Of a stretch of 64,000 nucleotides of DNA, positions 62,257-64,000 are shown one piece after another. Below the pieces are notes generated by a model. The model was not told the DNA's origin and searched no databases. It worked only from the letters and a program-made list of their open reading frames with translations. The stretch comes from Octopus bimaculoides (Eukaryota). A program made the position numbers and the translations under genes. The DNA lies in assembly GCF_001194135.2 (NCBI RefSeq), contig NC_068987.1, positions 24,836,360-24,900,359 on the forward strand. Reading direction: 5' to 3'. How positions within the stretch are numbered: the first letter of the stretch is position 1; each line of letters begins with the position of its first letter.

Positions 62257-62489
62257 CTTGACTCATTTTATAATTTCTTTTCAGATTCCCTCTGTCTCAC
62301 CCTCTCACACTTTCTTATACTTTTTCTTTCTCTCGTCTTTGCTTTACTGTGTTATTTTCTCTTTCTTCATACCTGTCTCATTAACACAATAAAGCAAAAA
62401 CGGGAGAAAGAAACAGTATAAGAAAGTATAAGAAAGTGTGAGAGGGTGAGACAGAGGGAACCTGAAAAGAAATTATAAAATGAGTCAAG
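62257..62489. repeat. Fold-back inverted duplication, about 100-bp arms and 25-nt loop
   Basis: cttgactcattttataatttcttttcagattccctctgtctcaccctctcacac vs gtgtgagagggtgagacagagggaacctgaaaagaaattataaaatgagtcaag. Confidence 0.85.
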
Positions 62490-62954
62490 AAGAAAAAGAG
62501 ATAGTGGGAGGGAGTGGCTTGGGTAGGAGACAGGAGTAGGAGAGGAAAGAGAAAGTGTACAGAGGTAAGAAGAATGAAATGGGAGGGAGCAAGAGAAAGG
62601 GAGTAATGAGAGAGAGAATGATTTGAAGGATAAAGGATAAAGGGGTGAAACTTAGTGGGAGAGAATGAGAGATAGAGGGAGGGAGAGAGGGGGGAGAGAG
62701 ACACAAATAGCTGTAAAAGAAAGAATGAAATAAAGGATAAAGATGTGAAACTTGAAAGAGGGAGAAAGAGGGAGAGAGAGAGGAAGAGGGAGAGGGAGGA
62801 AGAGGGAGAGAGAGAGAAAGAGGGAGAAAAAGAGAGTCAGTAGGATCAAAAGACAAGGAGGTGGTTAGAAAAGGGAGGGAAGGAGAGAAACAAAGAAGTT
62901 GAGAGCATAGGGAGAGAGAGAGAGAAAGGGAGAAATAGATAGATAAATAGAGAG

Positions 62955-63207
62955 GGTAATCTTCAAGTTTAGGGGGATAAAAAAAATAAATAAAAATATT
63001 CAAGGGAAGTAACTGAACGTCTTACCAGTATTCTCCGTACATCTCTGTTTATAAATAAATCACACACGTGATTTGATTGACGTTAGGGTTAGGATGTGAT
63101 TTATTTATAAACAGTTAGAAGAAAACGGATAATACTGGTAAGTCGTTCAGTTATTTCCCTTGAATATTTAAAAAAATTTTTTTATCCCCCTAAACTTGAA
63201 GATTACC
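62955..63207. mobile_element. MITE-like palindrome with about 110-bp TIRs (GGTAATCTTCAAG...CTTGAAGATTACC) and TTAGGGTTAGG in the loop
   Basis: Direct arm comparison; flanks lie in (GATA)n/(GA)n, so the TSD is imperfect (about 7/9). Confidence 0.7.
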
Positions 63208-64000
63208 GATAGATAGATAGATTGAGAGAACGATGGCTAAAATGCATGTATCTATATGGTTGAAACTGGATGTGATGAAACACAAGACAAATCGATTGAT
63301 TCACTAAGAAATGAATAAAAACCCACTGTTTTAATGAGTTGCAAATGTCAATTTGATCAAACAGCTGTCAGTGATAATCAATATTATTGCTCTTAGTTTG
63401 TATATGACTCATAACCTACAGCCAGCCACTCATTCATATCAACTTTGACAAAAACAATGTATTAGAAATACACACACACACACACACATAAAAAAAATTA
63501 AATAAATTTAAACAAGTATGGCTGTGTGTTAAGAAGCTTGCTTCCCAACCACATGGTTCCTGGTTCAATCCTACAGTGTGGTACCTTGGGCAAATGTCTT
63601 TTATTATAACCTTGGGCTGACTGAAGCCTTGTGAGTGGATCTGGTAGATGGAAACAAAGATGCCCATTGTATATTATATAATATATATGTGTATATATAT
63701 ATATATATATCGTCGTCATTGTTTAACGTCCGCTTTCCATGCTAGCATGGGTTGGACGATTTGACTGAGGACTGGTGAAACCAGATGGCTACACCAGGCT
63801 CCAATCTGATTTGGCAGAGTTTCTACAGCTGGATGCCCTTCCTAACGCCAACCACTCAGAGAGTGTAATGGGTGCTTTTACGTGTCACCCGCACGAAGGC
63901 CAGTCAGGCGGTACTGGCAACGATCTCGCTCATCTCGCTCGAAAAACCTCATGTGTCACCCGCACAAGAGCCAGTCCAGGGGTACCGGCAACGATCTCGC

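Noticed and set aside
62381-63003. Hydrophobic S/L/F/P-rich ORFs
   Set aside because: Translations of GA-rich simple repeats.

Overview
This is AT-rich, microsatellite- and repeat-dense animal genomic DNA with 7 N-gaps. The SINE/LINE/DNA-transposon content resembles an octopod (coleoid cephalopod) genome; that assignment is an inference. Most of the window (14113-60585, minus strand) is one multi-exon gene that the ORF track misses. I reconstructed 22 coding exons by hand. Their splice phases close into one reading frame of 2876 nt (about 957 aa, N-terminus missing). The protein has about 4 ankyrin repeats, a Ser/Thr/Pro-rich linker, a GH20 domain-2-like region and a GH20 (beta-hexosaminidase-type) barrel. 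The catalytic H-x-G-x-D-E motif is replaced by NVGSRL, so it looks like an ankyrin-pseudo-hexosaminidase. The gene has a GC-AG intron, a tandemly duplicated in-frame splice acceptor, and a frame-symmetric two-exon cassette flanked by inverted maT transposons. Introns and flanks carry decayed L1/Tx1, RTE, R4/Dong-like and Penelope-like retroelements, a Helitron, mariner and maT transposons, a Merlin-like MITE, several fold-back palindromes and many tRNA-derived SINEs. No rRNA, genuine tRNA or CRISPR array was found.
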